Notes under the pieces: model-generated
Databases searched by the model: none
What the model saw: only the letters and a program-made list of their open reading frames with translations
Told to the model about the DNA's origin: nothing
Shown: positions 1 through 12,470 of the stretch, one piece after another
How positions within the stretch are numbered: position 1 is the first letter of the stretch
Layout of the letters: each line of letters begins with the position of its first letter
Position numbers and translations under genes: made by a program
NCBI RefSeq assembly: GCF_030144855.1
Contig: NC_082738.1
Location: 13,702,001 to 13,766,000 of the forward strand
Source: Hypanus sabinus
Lineage: Eukaryota
Reading direction: 5' to 3'
DNA: 64,000 bases

Positions 1-219
1 CCCGAAGTGCAGAGACCAGGGGTGGTACATGCAAGGCGTATAGCTATAAGTGTCAGGAACACCACGGCAAGAGAAATCACCTTTAAGAGGGGAATGCCGC
101 TGGCACATCTGTTCCCGGTGACGGTAATGTCTAGCGCACCAGTGAGGACCCCTAACGGGGAGGGATCGGAGCATTGAAGGGAGCTGACCGCTGAAGCCTT
201 TAACTTCGGGGATTCCCCT

Positions 220-3140
220 GTGTCACCGGAGTGGAAACGCAGGCTAGTGGAGAAGATGCTGAAGATGGAAACTGTTTTTTCTCGGGGCGAGTTTGATGTT
301 GGCTGCGCCAAAAGCACTCGCCACACCACCCGGGTGACGGAGGACACCCCGTTCCGAGAGAGATCCCGGCGGCTGGCTCCGGCAGATGTTGAGGACGTGC
401 GACAGCACTTGTGCAAGTTGAAGGAGGCCGGAATCATAGCTGAGTCTCGAAGTCCTTATGCATCCCCAATAGTGGTGGCATGGAAGAAGAATGGGCGAGT
501 GCGCATGTGTGTTGACTACAGGACGTTGAATTGGCGAACTGTCCCTGATCAATATACTGTCCCAAGAGTCGAGGATGCGTTGGCCTGCCTGAGCTGTGCG
601 AAGTGGTTCAGTGTGCTGGATTTAAGAAGTGGGTATTACCAGATCCCGATGAGTGCGGCCGATAAAGAGAAGACCGCTTTTATCTGCCCGCTGGGGTTCT
701 TTCAGTTCGAACGAATGTCCCAAGGCATATCCGGAGCCCCAGCCACCTTCCAGAGGCTCATGGAGAGAACTGTGGGGGATATGAATCTGTTGGAGGTGCT
801 GGTGTACCTGGACGATTTGATAGTGTTTGGATCGACTTTGGAGGAACATGAGGAGAGGCTGTTGAAGGTGTTGGGCTGGCTTAATGAAGAAGGGTTGAAG
901 CTTTCCCTGGACAAATGCCAGTTCTGCAAGTCGTCGGTTAACTACATTGGCCATATTATTTCGCGAGAGGGAGTGGCTACTGATCCAACCAAGATAGAGG
1001 CCGTGACCACTTGGCTGAGACCCCAGAAAGTGGGTGCTCTGCGCTCATTTTTGGGGTTCTGTGGGTATTACCGGCGATTTGTGAAAGGATACGCCAAAGT
1101 GTGTCACCCGTTGACTCAGCTGTTGTGTGGCTATCCCCCGGTGGGTAAGAAGAGGACGGGGAACCAGAGGCAGGACGCTGGAGGATACTGGAACCCGGCG
1201 GAACCTTTTGGCTCGAGATGGGATGATCAATGTGAAGAGGCGTTCCGATCTTTGAAAAGGGCACTGTCCCAGGCCCCGGTGTTGGCTTTTGCCAATCCCC
1301 AGAAGCCATATGTGCTGCACACGGATGCCAGCCGAGAGGGTCTTGGGGCTGTTCTGTACCAGGAGCATGGCAAAGCATTGAGACCGGTAGCCTTCGTCAG
1401 CTGAAGCTTGTCGCCATCGGAGAGAAACTATCCCTCTCACAAGTTGGAGTTCTTGGCGCTGAAGTGGGCGATGGGCGATTACCTGTACGGAGCCAAATTT
1501 GAGGTGAGAACGGATAACAATCCTCTCACCTATATTTTGACTTCGGCGAAGCTGGATGCCACAGGACATCGGTGGCTGGCGGCCTTGTCGGTATATGATT
1601 TCAGCCTGAGGTACCGCACAGGAAGCAGGAATGTCGATGCGGATGCATTGTCTCGTCGGGAGCCGGGGGAGGAGGAGAGGGACGAGGAGTGGGAGAGTGT
1701 CCCTGCCCCTGGAGTGAAGGCGATGTGTCAGTTTGCTATCACCGTGAAGGCCGAAGGAAGAGGGAGGCTGGAACAAGCCGTGGACCATTTGGGGGTTTTT
1801 GACAATGCCAAACCCCCAGTTTACTGTGACCTGACTGCACTGGGGACTAAACAGTTGCCGGAACTGAGTCCGGGGGAAGTGGCAACTGCTCAGCAAAATG
1901 ACCCAGGCATTGGCACAGTGTGGAGAGCGGTCGAGAAGGGGGATGGGGCGTTGGCTGAGAAGGCGAAACACCCATGCGTGCCTCTGTTGTTGAAGGAGTG
2001 GTCTCGGTTGAAGTTAAAGAACAAAATCTTGTACCGGGTAACGACGCCTCCGGACCAACCCCGCTGTTGGCAACTGGTCCTGCCAGAGGAGTATCGCCAG
2101 GCTGTACTCCAGGCCTTACATGATGATTCTGGACACTTGGGGGTGGAAAAGACATATGGATTACTCAAAGTTCTACTGGCCCCGGATGAGGTGGGAGGTA
2201 GAAGAATACTGTAGGGGATGCCGTCGTTGCATCCAGAGGAAGACCCTGCCCGCGTTGGCGGCTCCACTGTCGCACTTGCAGAGTGCGGGACCTCTGGACC
2301 TGGTATGTATGGATTTCCTGTCGATTGAGCCTGACACCAACAACACCGCGAATGTCTTAGTCATCACCGATCATTACACTCGCTATGCTCAGGCATTTCC
2401 CACCAAGGATCAGAAGGCGATGACAGTGGCGAAGGTGTTATGGGAGAAGTATTTTGTGCATTACGGCCTTCCCAGGCGAATCCATAGTGATCAGGGGCGG
2501 GACTTTGAGAGCCACCTTATCCAGGAATTACTGACTATGCTTGGGGTTGAGAAATCCAGGACTACCCCTTACCACCCACAGGGAAATCCACAGGGATTCA
2601 ACAGGACCCTGTTGGATATGCTCGGGATGCTGGAGATTGGGCAGAAAAGCAGGTGGAGTCGTCATATTGGACAATTGGTTCACTGTTACAATTGTACTCG
2701 CAATGACGCTACAGGGTATTCACCCTATTATCTGATGTTCGGGCAGGAAGCGAAGTTGCCCATTGACGTGTGTTTTGGAGGTGGAGTGGGTGAATTTCCT
2801 GGGAAGTCCCATCTAAAGTACATGTCCGACTTGAAGAGGGAGTTACAGCGGGCGTATGAGTTGGCCAAGGCGGCGGCTACCAAACAAAATCAGAGGAATA
2901 AGATGCGGTATGATCGAAAGGTGAAGTTTGTACAATTATTACCGGGCGACCGGGTCCTTTTACGGAATTTGGGACTCCCTGGTAAGCACAAGTTGGCAGA
3001 TCGATGGGCGGCCAGCCCGTGTAATAGAGAGCCAGATGCCGAACCTGCCAGTTTACCGGGTGAAACCTGAGGATGGAAAAGGGCCTATCAAGGTACTCCA
3101 TAGGAATCACCTGCTGCCACTGGGTCAAGCGGTGCAGGTG
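220..3140 (+). pseudogene. pol: Disrupted Gypsy pol (RT-RNase H-integrase)
   Basis: ORF pieces 220-1404, 1408-2214, 2120-3070 and 2928-3653 join through an in-frame TGA (1402-1404) and frameshifts near 2170 and 3020. Confidence 0.92.
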
Positions 3141-3759
3141 GATAAGGAGCCCGAGTGGGAGGTTACGCCTAGTACAAGGACTCTGCGAGGGCGCGGAGAA
3201 CGGGCAGAGCCCGCTGCTGACGAGCGGGGACGGGTCCCTGACCCGGGAATAGCTACCGATTCAGAGGAGGACGACTCAGATGAGTGGGCCCTGTTCCCAT
3301 TCGCTGGTGCTCCAGTACCAGGAGAGGAGGCTCCTGGCCCTTCCCATACTGAATTGGGTGAGAGGAGGGAAGGTCTTGAGGGTCAGATGGAGAGGCAGCC
3401 AACATTGGTGGGAGAGAGGGTGGAACCTGAGCGTAAGCCGGAGAGATCTCAGGTGAGGGAGGACCCCTGTGAGGAAGGGGGTGCGGGTCTGTCAGGTAGA
3501 CCTGGGGTGTCCGAGACAGTGGGTTCGCAGGTGACGAGGGAGCCCAGTGGGGCAGAAGGGGTATGGAGATCTCAGAGGATTAGGCGCCCCCCCGGAGCGG
3601 TTGACATATGTGGTACCGGGAGAACCGAGTGTGATTTCTATTGCTCTGGGTAGTTATGTCACTGCTTTCTGCACCTGGGTTGGGTTTTGTGTGTTGCAAG
3701 AAGCTTTGGGGAACTCTAGTAATGCCATGAGGGCATGACATTTGCTGGTGGGGAGAGAA

Positions 3760-4148
3760 TGTACAATGTCCTGTGTATGTTACTCAAAATGGCCTCTTTG
3801 GTTTGTTACAAGTAGGAATGCTTCTTTGTCGGATAAGTGTTTCTCTCGCCGTTGTTTCACTTTAGAATGGCTGTTATGGTAATTGTATTCATTTTTTAAT
3901 CAATGGGGAATGTTATTGTGTCTTGTGATGCTGGAAACTTGGGGGAGGGGTTTTTCGAGGGTTTTTGGTGGGAGGAGGAGGCCGAGGAAGACGCCGAGGA
4001 AGGTGGACGTATGCTGGACTGCTCGTAAGACCACTGGGGTGGTCCCAGGTGCGATGGCCAGATGGGTTGATTGGTTCGTTGATTGAGCTCCAACGAGTGC
4101 ACTAAACAGACTGAACTTTGATAAGTTGGCGCCTTTTGTTTTTTTCCT

Positions 4149-4187
<39 letters not shown>

Positions 4188-4387
4188 TTGCCTACTACTC
4201 TTTTAATTTTAGTAAACTCTTTAAAGTGTATGTCATAACGGTATTTGTTGTGGGTTTGATACTGTTGGCGGGCGCGAGGCATAAAACTCGATTCTCACAG
4301 CACCTGCGTGTACGGGAGGTGGGTTGGAGAGTGGCTGGATCTCCTTTTTCCCATAGACATATACCAGCCTGTTGGGTAAGGGTTACA
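3760..4387 (+). repeat. 3' LTR of the Gypsy element (628 bp)
   Basis: Begins TGTA directly after the PPT and ends GTTACA; an unrelated element follows. Confidence 0.85.
4153..4184. repeat. (TA)n microsatellite inside the LTR
   Basis: Perfect TA run. Confidence 0.95.
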
Positions 4388-4410
4388 TTTAAAAATACCT
4401 TTTTTAACTG

Positions 4411-5588
4411 CAGTGGATTACAGTTAATTGGGACACATTGGGAACAGTGTATTTTGCACCAATTAGCTGAAGTTTCATGGAAATAGTTAAAACAGTATAA
4501 AAAAGACAAACTACTACTTAACAGAGTAACAAATTATATATTCAAATGAAATACAGAGCAAATTAAAACAATCAATACTACTACAGTACTGTAAAATTGT
4601 AGTTCCTAATAATTATCAATAGAGGAATTCATTCAGTGTACACTGCTGTGTTCTTCTGATTGACAGTATATGAACAAAATCATCAGTGCAGACACCCAGT
4701 GCAGATAATGGACTGCTATCTTACAAGGCTAGCAACGATTGCATACTCCAAATCTTCATTTTCATTTTAGCATTCAAGATGATTGATGATTAGCTCAAAA
4801 TGTCTTGTAGTTCCTAACTTGAAGTAGTGAAATTGTTTCATTTTCTCTCCCGGCCATTTCTGGCATCTCCAAGCCTGAATATTTGACTCAACAGTGAGCA
4901 GAACAGTTCTGAATTGTCTTACTGCTTATTTCTGGTGAAGGAAGCCATTGGAATAAGACTAGAGAATAAGAATTTCTATAAAATCAAATGTCTCACTTTG
5001 AGTAAGAACTGGAATATGATTTTAAACAAGGTGTGAGAGCAGAAACCTGATTGGCTGACAACTAATCAGTAGGGACAGATGACAGGAGTTGAGTATATAT
5101 ATCACTGGACTAGACAGACTTAGGCATCATCCCTGATGAAGATGGCAGAGTTTGTCATTGAAACGATTAAAATTGACACCTAGACCCAGCTGAAAGCCCA
5201 AGAAAAGTTTTTGCTTATTTCTCGTCAAGTACCAGTGCCAAATATCACTACTTTTGAACACAAATACCTGCAACTGATGCTATCTAAAAACTGTTTGCTC
5301 CAAGCAAGGTACAGTACCCAACAGCCACACGTGCAGATATGACAGACACTGGTTAGAAACTGTTCGGCAATGATCTCCTGCCCCAATTAAGCGGCATAGT
5401 GACCCAAATAAATGAAGAGAATCAATGTTATTTTCGATGTTTTTGTTCTTTAAGAGTTGTCCCAAATACATGACTGCCCCGAATAACTGATGGACAAACT
5501 AACCAGAATCTAACATATCCATGAAACTTCGGCTAATTGGGCCAAAATGTACTGGTCCCAATGTGTCCCAATTAACTGGAATCCACTG
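4411..5588. mobile_element. Non-autonomous pogo/Tigger-like (Tc1/mariner superfamily) DNA transposon
   Basis: 33-bp TIR cagtggatt(a/c)cagttaattgggacacattggga with 1 mismatch; right flank TA, left flank TG. A related copy lies at 53441-54343. Confidence 0.88.
4934..5211 (+). mobile_element. Penelope-like element 3' fragment with a degenerate hammerhead motif, nested in the Tigger-like element
   Basis: 11-bp TSD tgcttatttct (4923-4933 and 5212-5222). Starts with VKEAIGIR, resembling a GIY-YIG C-terminus. CTGATGA-hairpin-GAAAC at 5133-5164. Confidence 0.75.
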
Positions 5589-6271
5589 TATATAGTTAGT
5601 GGCAGGATGGGGTGGGAGGGTGGGGAAGATAGGCATCAATCTGCAATTCAGGTTTTGAATCTTCCCCTCTGAACGAGAGCTATTGCTAATTATGTGTAAA
5701 GTATTTAATGCATTTGAAGTACATGATCCAATATGCAGATAAACATAACTAATACAGATAAATACAATAGCTGGCATGTATGTAGTGGACTAAAGGGCCC
5801 ATTTTTGACTATGACTCCATGCAACATTTCATCCATTATAATACAGGAAATTTGACTATTACCTGTACTTCAGCAATAATGGACCCATTATTTAAATGGA
5901 ACTGTATAAACTTAAAACTATTATTGAAATTGAAACATTCACACAACAATTGGAGTTTTGTTTAAAGAAACTTATTTATCTCTCACTACAAATGGCCATG
6001 ATGACATATGTTGGCTCTGACCTGAGGAAATTGTAACCTTAAATACAACTCACACTTTCAAAAATCACACTTGTTCCTCTTTAGACTATATTATGACAAA
6101 GGGAAGAGGACATCAATTTCATCCATAACTTCAAACAAATGTGTTTGTCTCTATCTCTCTCTCAGTGGGGGCAGGAGTAGGTGAGGAAAGAAAAATCAGT
6201 TTCAATACTGCATGGACAACATTTAGGTTTGTATTTTCTGGTAGCACAGGATACTTACTAAGCCTCCAGAA

Positions 6272-7576
6272 CAGGGTTTCTCAATGGGATTCTGTGAGAG
6301 GTCACGAGGGGCTCCGCAAAAGATTGTGATAAAAAAAAACAACTTTGTTCTTCAAACTTCAAGCAACGCTCGTGCAGGCACTCACAGTGATGGGCAGTGA
6401 CTGAGCAGCTCTGTTAACAATCTTCCGTTAGAGGTCTCTCAACCCAGTATGGCAGTGCACAGTAGGACTGTATTTATTTGGTTGAGTTCATTCTCAGTTT
6501 TTGACGTGAGAGGAGGCCAATCTCCCGCTATGTACAGAAATCCGATGGAAGAGTTTTCAACAAGGTGTTTGAACTGAAAGGTAAAGTGCTCCTGCAATTC
6601 AAAAAAAATAGTATGCCAGATTTTGCTGAGTGCTTTGAAGATGAAGAATGGCTGCAGAAATTAGCCTACTTAACAGCCATTTTTCATCACATGAACCAGT
6701 TCAACAGGTCTCTGCAAGGCCCTGGAGAAAATGTTTTGACTTCAATGTCAAGATTCTTGGATTTAAAAGGAAACTGAATCTTTGGCAAAATCATATTGGA
6801 AAAGGAAATCTTGACATGTTTCCACTGCCGCCTGGGCTTGGGAGTGAGGAATGATATCAGAAAGTCTTGAGTCTTTATGAAGACCTCCTGGAAGAACTGC
6901 AGAAAAAAACTGAACAGTATTTTTCCTCTCTTTCAACACAAGCGTATGACTGGGTAAGGGACCCTTTCTCAGAACCTTCTGCTCAGACTGATATCCTGAC
7001 TTTGAAAGAAGAGGAAGAACTTTGTGTACTGCAGTCTGATTGTGCAGCCAAGATGAGATTTACTGAACTCCCCCTAGACAAGTTCTGGATTTCTGTGAAG
7101 GAAGAGTATCCTACCAGTCATAGGAAAGCAATGAACATTTTGCTTCAGTTTTCAACTTCTTACATATGTGGGCAAGCTTTTTCTTGTTTAACAATCATCA
7201 AGAGCAAGGATAGAAATAGTCTCATTTCAGTTGAAGGTGAAATCCCTGTGTGCATATCTCAGTTCGAACCAGGACTAAGAAATTTATTATGTTTGCCTTA
7301 TGAGTTTTTAAAATGTATGAACAAGAAATAAAGAGCAATTTCATGAAAGGTAAGCTAAGCTTAACTATCTGATTTCCCCCCCAAGAAAGGTTGGCTAAAA
7401 ATTCATTCTTTATTCAAAAGAGCATTGACAATTATTTTTGGATTATTATATCTACAACTTACTGATCAGTCTAACATACCGTGAGCTTTAGATATAATAA
7501 TTTTTATGCAGGGGTTCTCTGAGGCCTGAAAATTATTTCAAGGGTTCCTCCAGGGCAAAAAGGTTGAGAAAGGCTG
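6272..7576 (+). mobile_element. hAT (Charlie/Buster-like) transposon deletion derivative with a transposase C-terminal relic
   Basis: TIR cagggtttctcaa / ttgagaaaggctg; 8-bp TSD ctccagaa / ctgtagaa. Frameshifted ORFs 6565-7331 contain LAYL...WVRDPF...FW...FSTSYICGQAFS, typical of the hAT dimerisation region. Confidence 0.9.
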
Positions 7577-7842
7577 CTGTAGAATAATGACTAAGTGGCA
7601 TACTGCATTGATTATTCCGTCACCGTTAGGCTTTATCAAGTGTACTTTAAAATCCAAACAACATTACACCTCTGGCCATGACAAACAACACCTTTAATTA
7701 GTGTTGATGATAATATTCACTTACACCAGAGGCAGCTTTTGAACTGGGCATTTACAATCGACTTCTTGAACCAAAACAATCGATCAGAATACTCCTTAAC
7801 TGGAGATGTGACCAAATTGAACAATAAATAAAGGTTGCAACA

Positions 7843-8030
7843 GAAACTCAAGAGATTCTGCAGATACTAGAAATCTGGAGGAACACACACATACAGCGCT
7901 GGAAAAAATCAAGAGTTCAGGCATCTATGGGTGAAGATGAAGGGTCTCAGCTTAAAACATCAACTGTTCACTTTCCTCTACAGGTGTTGCCTGACCTGCT
8001 GAGTTCCTCCAGAATTTTCCGTCTGTTGCA
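7843..8030. repeat. Penelope-terminal-repeat-derived short repeat, two inverted halves
   Basis: ctgcagatactagaaatc... followed by gatgaagggtctcagcttaaaacatcaac...cctgctgagttcctccag; same family as 27002-27134. Confidence 0.65.
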
Positions 8031-9814
8031 ATACATGTTCTAAACTTTCCAGCATGCTCAATTTAATTATTTCATCATACTTGTGTTTCACCACTGAATA
8101 TTTCATGTACAACAAGTCTTGAATATGCAATGCCATCCAAATTATTCACATGTTTTGTGGAGCATTTGAGTTAGGAGCATCTTGTTACATGACAGATTCA
8201 ACCTTCTGGAGAAGCTTTACAAGAAATTCAAGGCTAATGGAAATGACTAGACTGACAAAACGTGGATTAAAAGGAACATTAGAAAATGTGATCTGCTAGG
8301 TATTTCCAGTATTTCAGGTTTCTAGAAATGTTAGATTTTTAAAAGCTCTTTGCAGTTGTTACCTGGAACGTTTTAAACATTGACAGCAGAAGTTCTAATT
8401 GGAAGGTGGCAAAGGGACAACTAATCCACGTATTTATAAGCTGCTATCATATTTTTCCTCATATGAACAGCAAGGGAACCTTGATGAAGAAAGTAGAGAA
8501 AAATTGTTTGCAACAGGAGCATGGTTAATAACTGGAGGCCAAGATGGCAAAAGAACCACAGAAGACAGGGAGAAAAGATTTGCTCTTTTCAAAGCAAAGG
8601 CGACATATTATGATACTACTATGGCCAGAGTAGAGAAATGGAAATCATTTTATCAATCAACCTGTTTCTTGTGATCAAAATCAATTTTAAGTACATATAT
8701 CTGTATTTCTTTCATATTTTGGAAAAATAACTGTTTTTATCAATTATAAACCAATTGTTTATTCTGACTTGAATGCTTGTTCAGTGTCAGTGAAGAAACA
8801 CATTGCCAATACTGTTAGCCAACTAAAGTAACAAAATTTCTGCAAGTTATCATTATAATAAATTGTCTCATGTATTTAACAGGGAGATCGATACACTTTT
8901 GAAAGACTGAAGAATTGAAGGCTATTTGAAACTGGCATAGAAGAGGAGCCAAAGCCAGAAAAGATCAGCCATGACCATATTGCATCGTGGGGGCCCTTGT
9001 GTCCTTATCTTAAAGGATAGCAGATACATACATGACGTTAGCAAAGTGTTTGGAGTGGGACTAACTGTTCAGAGTGCTCTTTCAAAATGCCAGCACAGGC
9101 ACAATGGCATGAGGCAACTGAACTAAACCATTGAATTTGAAGGATTTATTCAATGCCCCAAAGTGGGAAAAAACAATCAGAATAGCACCCTTTAAAACAC
9201 AAATACCATCACCAAGATTGTGAACATTGACCTGCACTTTAGATTGCTAGCAACCTCAAAATAAAAATGTATCCCAAGTAAGCTGTTCCATAGACACATC
9301 AATATTTACAACTACAAAAATTAATTAATGCACCTGCAGTTAGAGGTACAAACCTAATCATTCAGCAATTGAAAAACAGCTAATCCTTCCCAAATCCTCA
9401 GTTGAAAAGGTACACTTCATCCCTCCCACAAGTCAATCACCAAGGTAATCTAACCGAGATAGGAATGAGCAAGTGAGGAAGCAAACATTACACAATACTA
9501 AATCTTTCAAATCTGTATTAGTACTACACCCATATTTTGCATTTCATAAAATCCTATCACCTTTGAATTAAAGTCAAATAACTCACAAGAGCAGGGTTGC
9601 AGCTATTCTGGGTCCCACCCAACAAGTCATTACTGGTATTCAGAAGTCGAAACTTGAAAGAATGCAGAGCACTTGGGAACCAACAATCAAACAGTTGGAA
9701 TCTCAGGAACTCTTGAACCTCTCGCATTGTTTTAAGAGCTGGTGTTTCTGATGATATTTTATTTTACTAACTGCAGTAATGCTGTAGCAAGGTCCTTCTT
9801 GAAGGACCTTTTTG

Positions 9815-10658
9815 GAAGAATTTCAGATGGTGATGAAAGGACGTACAGGAGCGAGGTATCACAGCAACAACCTTGCAATCAATGTCAATAAGATGAAAGA
9901 GCTGATTGTGGACTTCAGGAAGGGTAAGACAAGGGAACACAAACCAATCCACATTGAGGGATCAGAGTTGCAGAGAGAGAGCAATTTCAAATTCTTGGGT
10001 TGTCAAGATCTCTGAGGATCTAACCTAGACGCGACATATTTATGCAGCTTTAAAGAAGGCAAGACAGCAGCTACATTTCATCAGGAGTTTGAGAAGATTT
10101 GGTTTATCAATTTAAACACTTGAAAACTTATCTACAAATGTACCATGGAGAGCATTCTGACTGGCTGCATCACAGTCTGGTATGGGGGGGGGGGGGGTAC
10201 TGCACAAGATTGAAATAAGTTGCAGAAACTTGTAAAATTAGTCATCTCTATCATAGGTTCTAGCCTCCATAGTATCCAAGACATCTTCATGGAGCAGTGC
10301 CTTAGGAAGGCGGCATTCATCATTAAAGATTCCCAACACCCAGGACATGCCCTCTTCACACTGTTACTGTCAGGGAGGAGGTACAGAAGCCTGAAGGCAC
10401 ACACTCAGCAACTCAGGAACAGCTTCTTCCCCTCAGCCATCAGATTTCTAAATGGACATTGAACCCTTGAACACTACCTGACCACTTTTTTTATTTCTGC
10501 TTTTGCACTATTTAACTAAACTATCTAATAGATATACTGTATATACTTACTGTAATTCAGTATTTTTCCTCTATATTTACATATAATGTATTTCATTGTA
10601 CTACTGTTAAACAAATTTCATGACAGATACCAGTGATATTAAAACTAATTTTGATTCT
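9815..10658 (+). mobile_element. Rex1/Babar-type LINE, 5'-truncated
   Basis: Broken ORF NNLAINVNKMKELIVDFRK...ESILTGCITVWY...SGRRYRSL...RNSFFPSAIRFLN, then 3' UTR and a gattct-type tail. Confidence 0.85.
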
Positions 10659-11261
10659 TGTGCCTCAAGAGGACTCCAGGAGCTGGCCATAATTTCAGCC
10701 CCACAACCTACAAGGTTGGCCAGCTCATTCATTTTTGTAAAAGGCAGCAAAATACACAGCTCCCATCAAAGAAGTGGAAAAAAAGTGATAATTTAAAAAA
10801 AAAAACACAAAGCTATATCTTGGTTTTTCTTAAGTTTGATTCGCACTCAGGTACTTTCCAAATACAGCCAACTACAGCCTGAAGTTGGGACAAGCACTGA
10901 GGCATGCAAGAATAATATGTAGTTTCACACTGGGCTGTCTCTCAATATAAGTCACCACTAGGTGAGACAGAGGATGATGAGTACTAAATGCTCCAGACAA
11001 GGAACTCTAAAACATCACACTTTCTAAAGTCTGAGCAGGAGGGAGGGTCAAGGCATGAAGGGATATGGGGAGAAGGCAGGAAATTGGGACTGAGTGGAAA
11101 ATTGGATCAGCTGTGATGAAAAGACAGAGAAAACTCAATGGGCCAAATGGCCTTATTGTGGTCCTATTTCTTAAAGCCAAGTAAGCTTGCATAATTCAAA
11201 AGATTAATGAAAGTAGCAGAGGTAGTGGGTGGTAGAGGAAAACTGTAGGTGCATGTGTCAT

Positions 11262-12470
11262 GAACTCAAGAAATTCCGCACATGCTGGAAATCCAGAGCA
11301 ACACAACATAACGTGTTGGAGGAACTCAGCAGGTCAGGCATCTATAGAAAAGAATAAACAGTTGATGTGTCAGGCTGAGACCCTTCAAAGAAAATTTATT
11401 ATCAAAGTATATATATGTCATCATATACAACCCTGAGGTTCGTTTTCTTTCAGGCATACTGACAAATAAAATAACCATAATAGAATCAATGAAAGACCAC
11501 ACCAACGGGGTGGACAACCTGTGTGCAAAATACAACAAACTGTACAAACTCAAAAGAAAAAATAAATGATAATAGACAATAGACAGTAGGTGCAGGAGTA
11601 GGCCATTCGGCCCTTCTAGCCAGCACCGCCATTCACTGTGATCATGGCTGATCATACGCAATCAGTACCCCGTCCCTCTCCCCATATCCCTTGACCCCGC
11701 TATCTATAAGAGCTCTATCTAACTTTCTCTTGAATGCATCCAGAGACTTGGCCTCCACTGCCTTCTGGGGTAGAGCATTCCACATATCCACCACTCTCTG
11801 GGTGAAAAAGTTTTTCCGCATCTCTGTTCTAAAAGGCCTACCCCTTATTCTTAAACTGTGGCCTCTAGTTCTGGACTCACCCATCAGCGGGAACATGCTT
11901 CCTGCCTCCAGTGTGTCCAATCCCTTAATAATCTTATATGTTTCAATCAGATCCCCTCCCATTCTTCTAAATTCCAGTGTATACAAGCCCAGTCGTTCCA
12001 ATCTTTCAACGTATGACAGTCCCGCCATTCCAGGAATTAACCTTGTGAACCTACGCTGCACTCCCTCAATAGCAAGAATGTCCTTCCTCAAACTTGGAGA
12101 CCAAAACTGCACACAATACTCCAGGTGGGGTCTCTCCAGGGCCCTGTACAGCTGCAGAAGGACCTCTTTACTCCTATACTCAATTCCTCTTGTTAATAAC
12201 AAATAAGCAATAAATATTGAGAACATGAGATGAAGAGTCCTTGAAAGTGAGTCTATAGGTTGTGAGAACAGTGATGGGGTGAGTGAAGTTATCCCTTTTG
12301 ATTTAAGAGCCTGATGGTTGAGGGGTATAGGAATGAAAAGGAAGGGAGAAGAAGCCAGAATAAGAAGGTGGGGGGGGGGGAGGAGTACAAGCTGGCAGGT
12401 GATAGGTGAAACTGGGTGGGGGGAGGGGGCCAAGAGATGGGTGGGTGGGTGAGGAGGGATGAAATTAGAA
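11262..12470 (-). repeat. Nested cluster: Penelope-derived repeat interrupted by a LINE-tail element, itself interrupted by CR1
   Basis: Penelope-type pieces at 11262-11385 and about 12330-12470; second element at about 11386-11570 and 12196-12328; CR1 in the middle. Confidence 0.6.
11571..12195 (-). mobile_element. CR1 LINE 3' fragment (fairly young)
   Basis: ORF 11642-12478 contains RPHLEYCVQFWSP...EGVQRRFTRLIP...RTRGH...FFTQRVV; (TCTATTG)n-type tail. Confidence 0.92.

Larger units (their letters stand above)
1..4387 (+). mobile_element. Ty3/Gypsy LTR retrotransposon, 3' part (pol relic, PPT, 3' LTR); 5' part lies outside the window
   Basis: Domain order RT (YLDD), RNase H (HTDAS), integrase (H-x4-H...CxxC, CMDF, HSDQG). 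Polypurine tract ggtggggagagaa at 3747-3759 abuts the TG that starts the LTR. Confidence 0.95.

Noticed and set aside
244-2367. Minus-strand ORFs overlapping Gypsy pol (for example 1045-1971, 308 aa)
   Set aside because: Antisense shadows of GC-rich pol sequence with no recognisable motifs.
6565-7331. ZBED5/FAM200-like host gene
   Set aside because: Frameshifted, N-terminally truncated and enclosed by TIRs and a TSD, so it is a transposon relic.
8399-8674. 91-aa plus-strand ORF
   Set aside because: Non-ATG start, no recognisable homology and no splice support.
10183-10197. Poly-G/poly-C runs (also near 21589, 27208, 38072, 41691, 49827) as G-quadruplex regulators
   Set aside because: Mostly homopolymer expansions within repeats; lengths are unreliable and there is no independent evidence.
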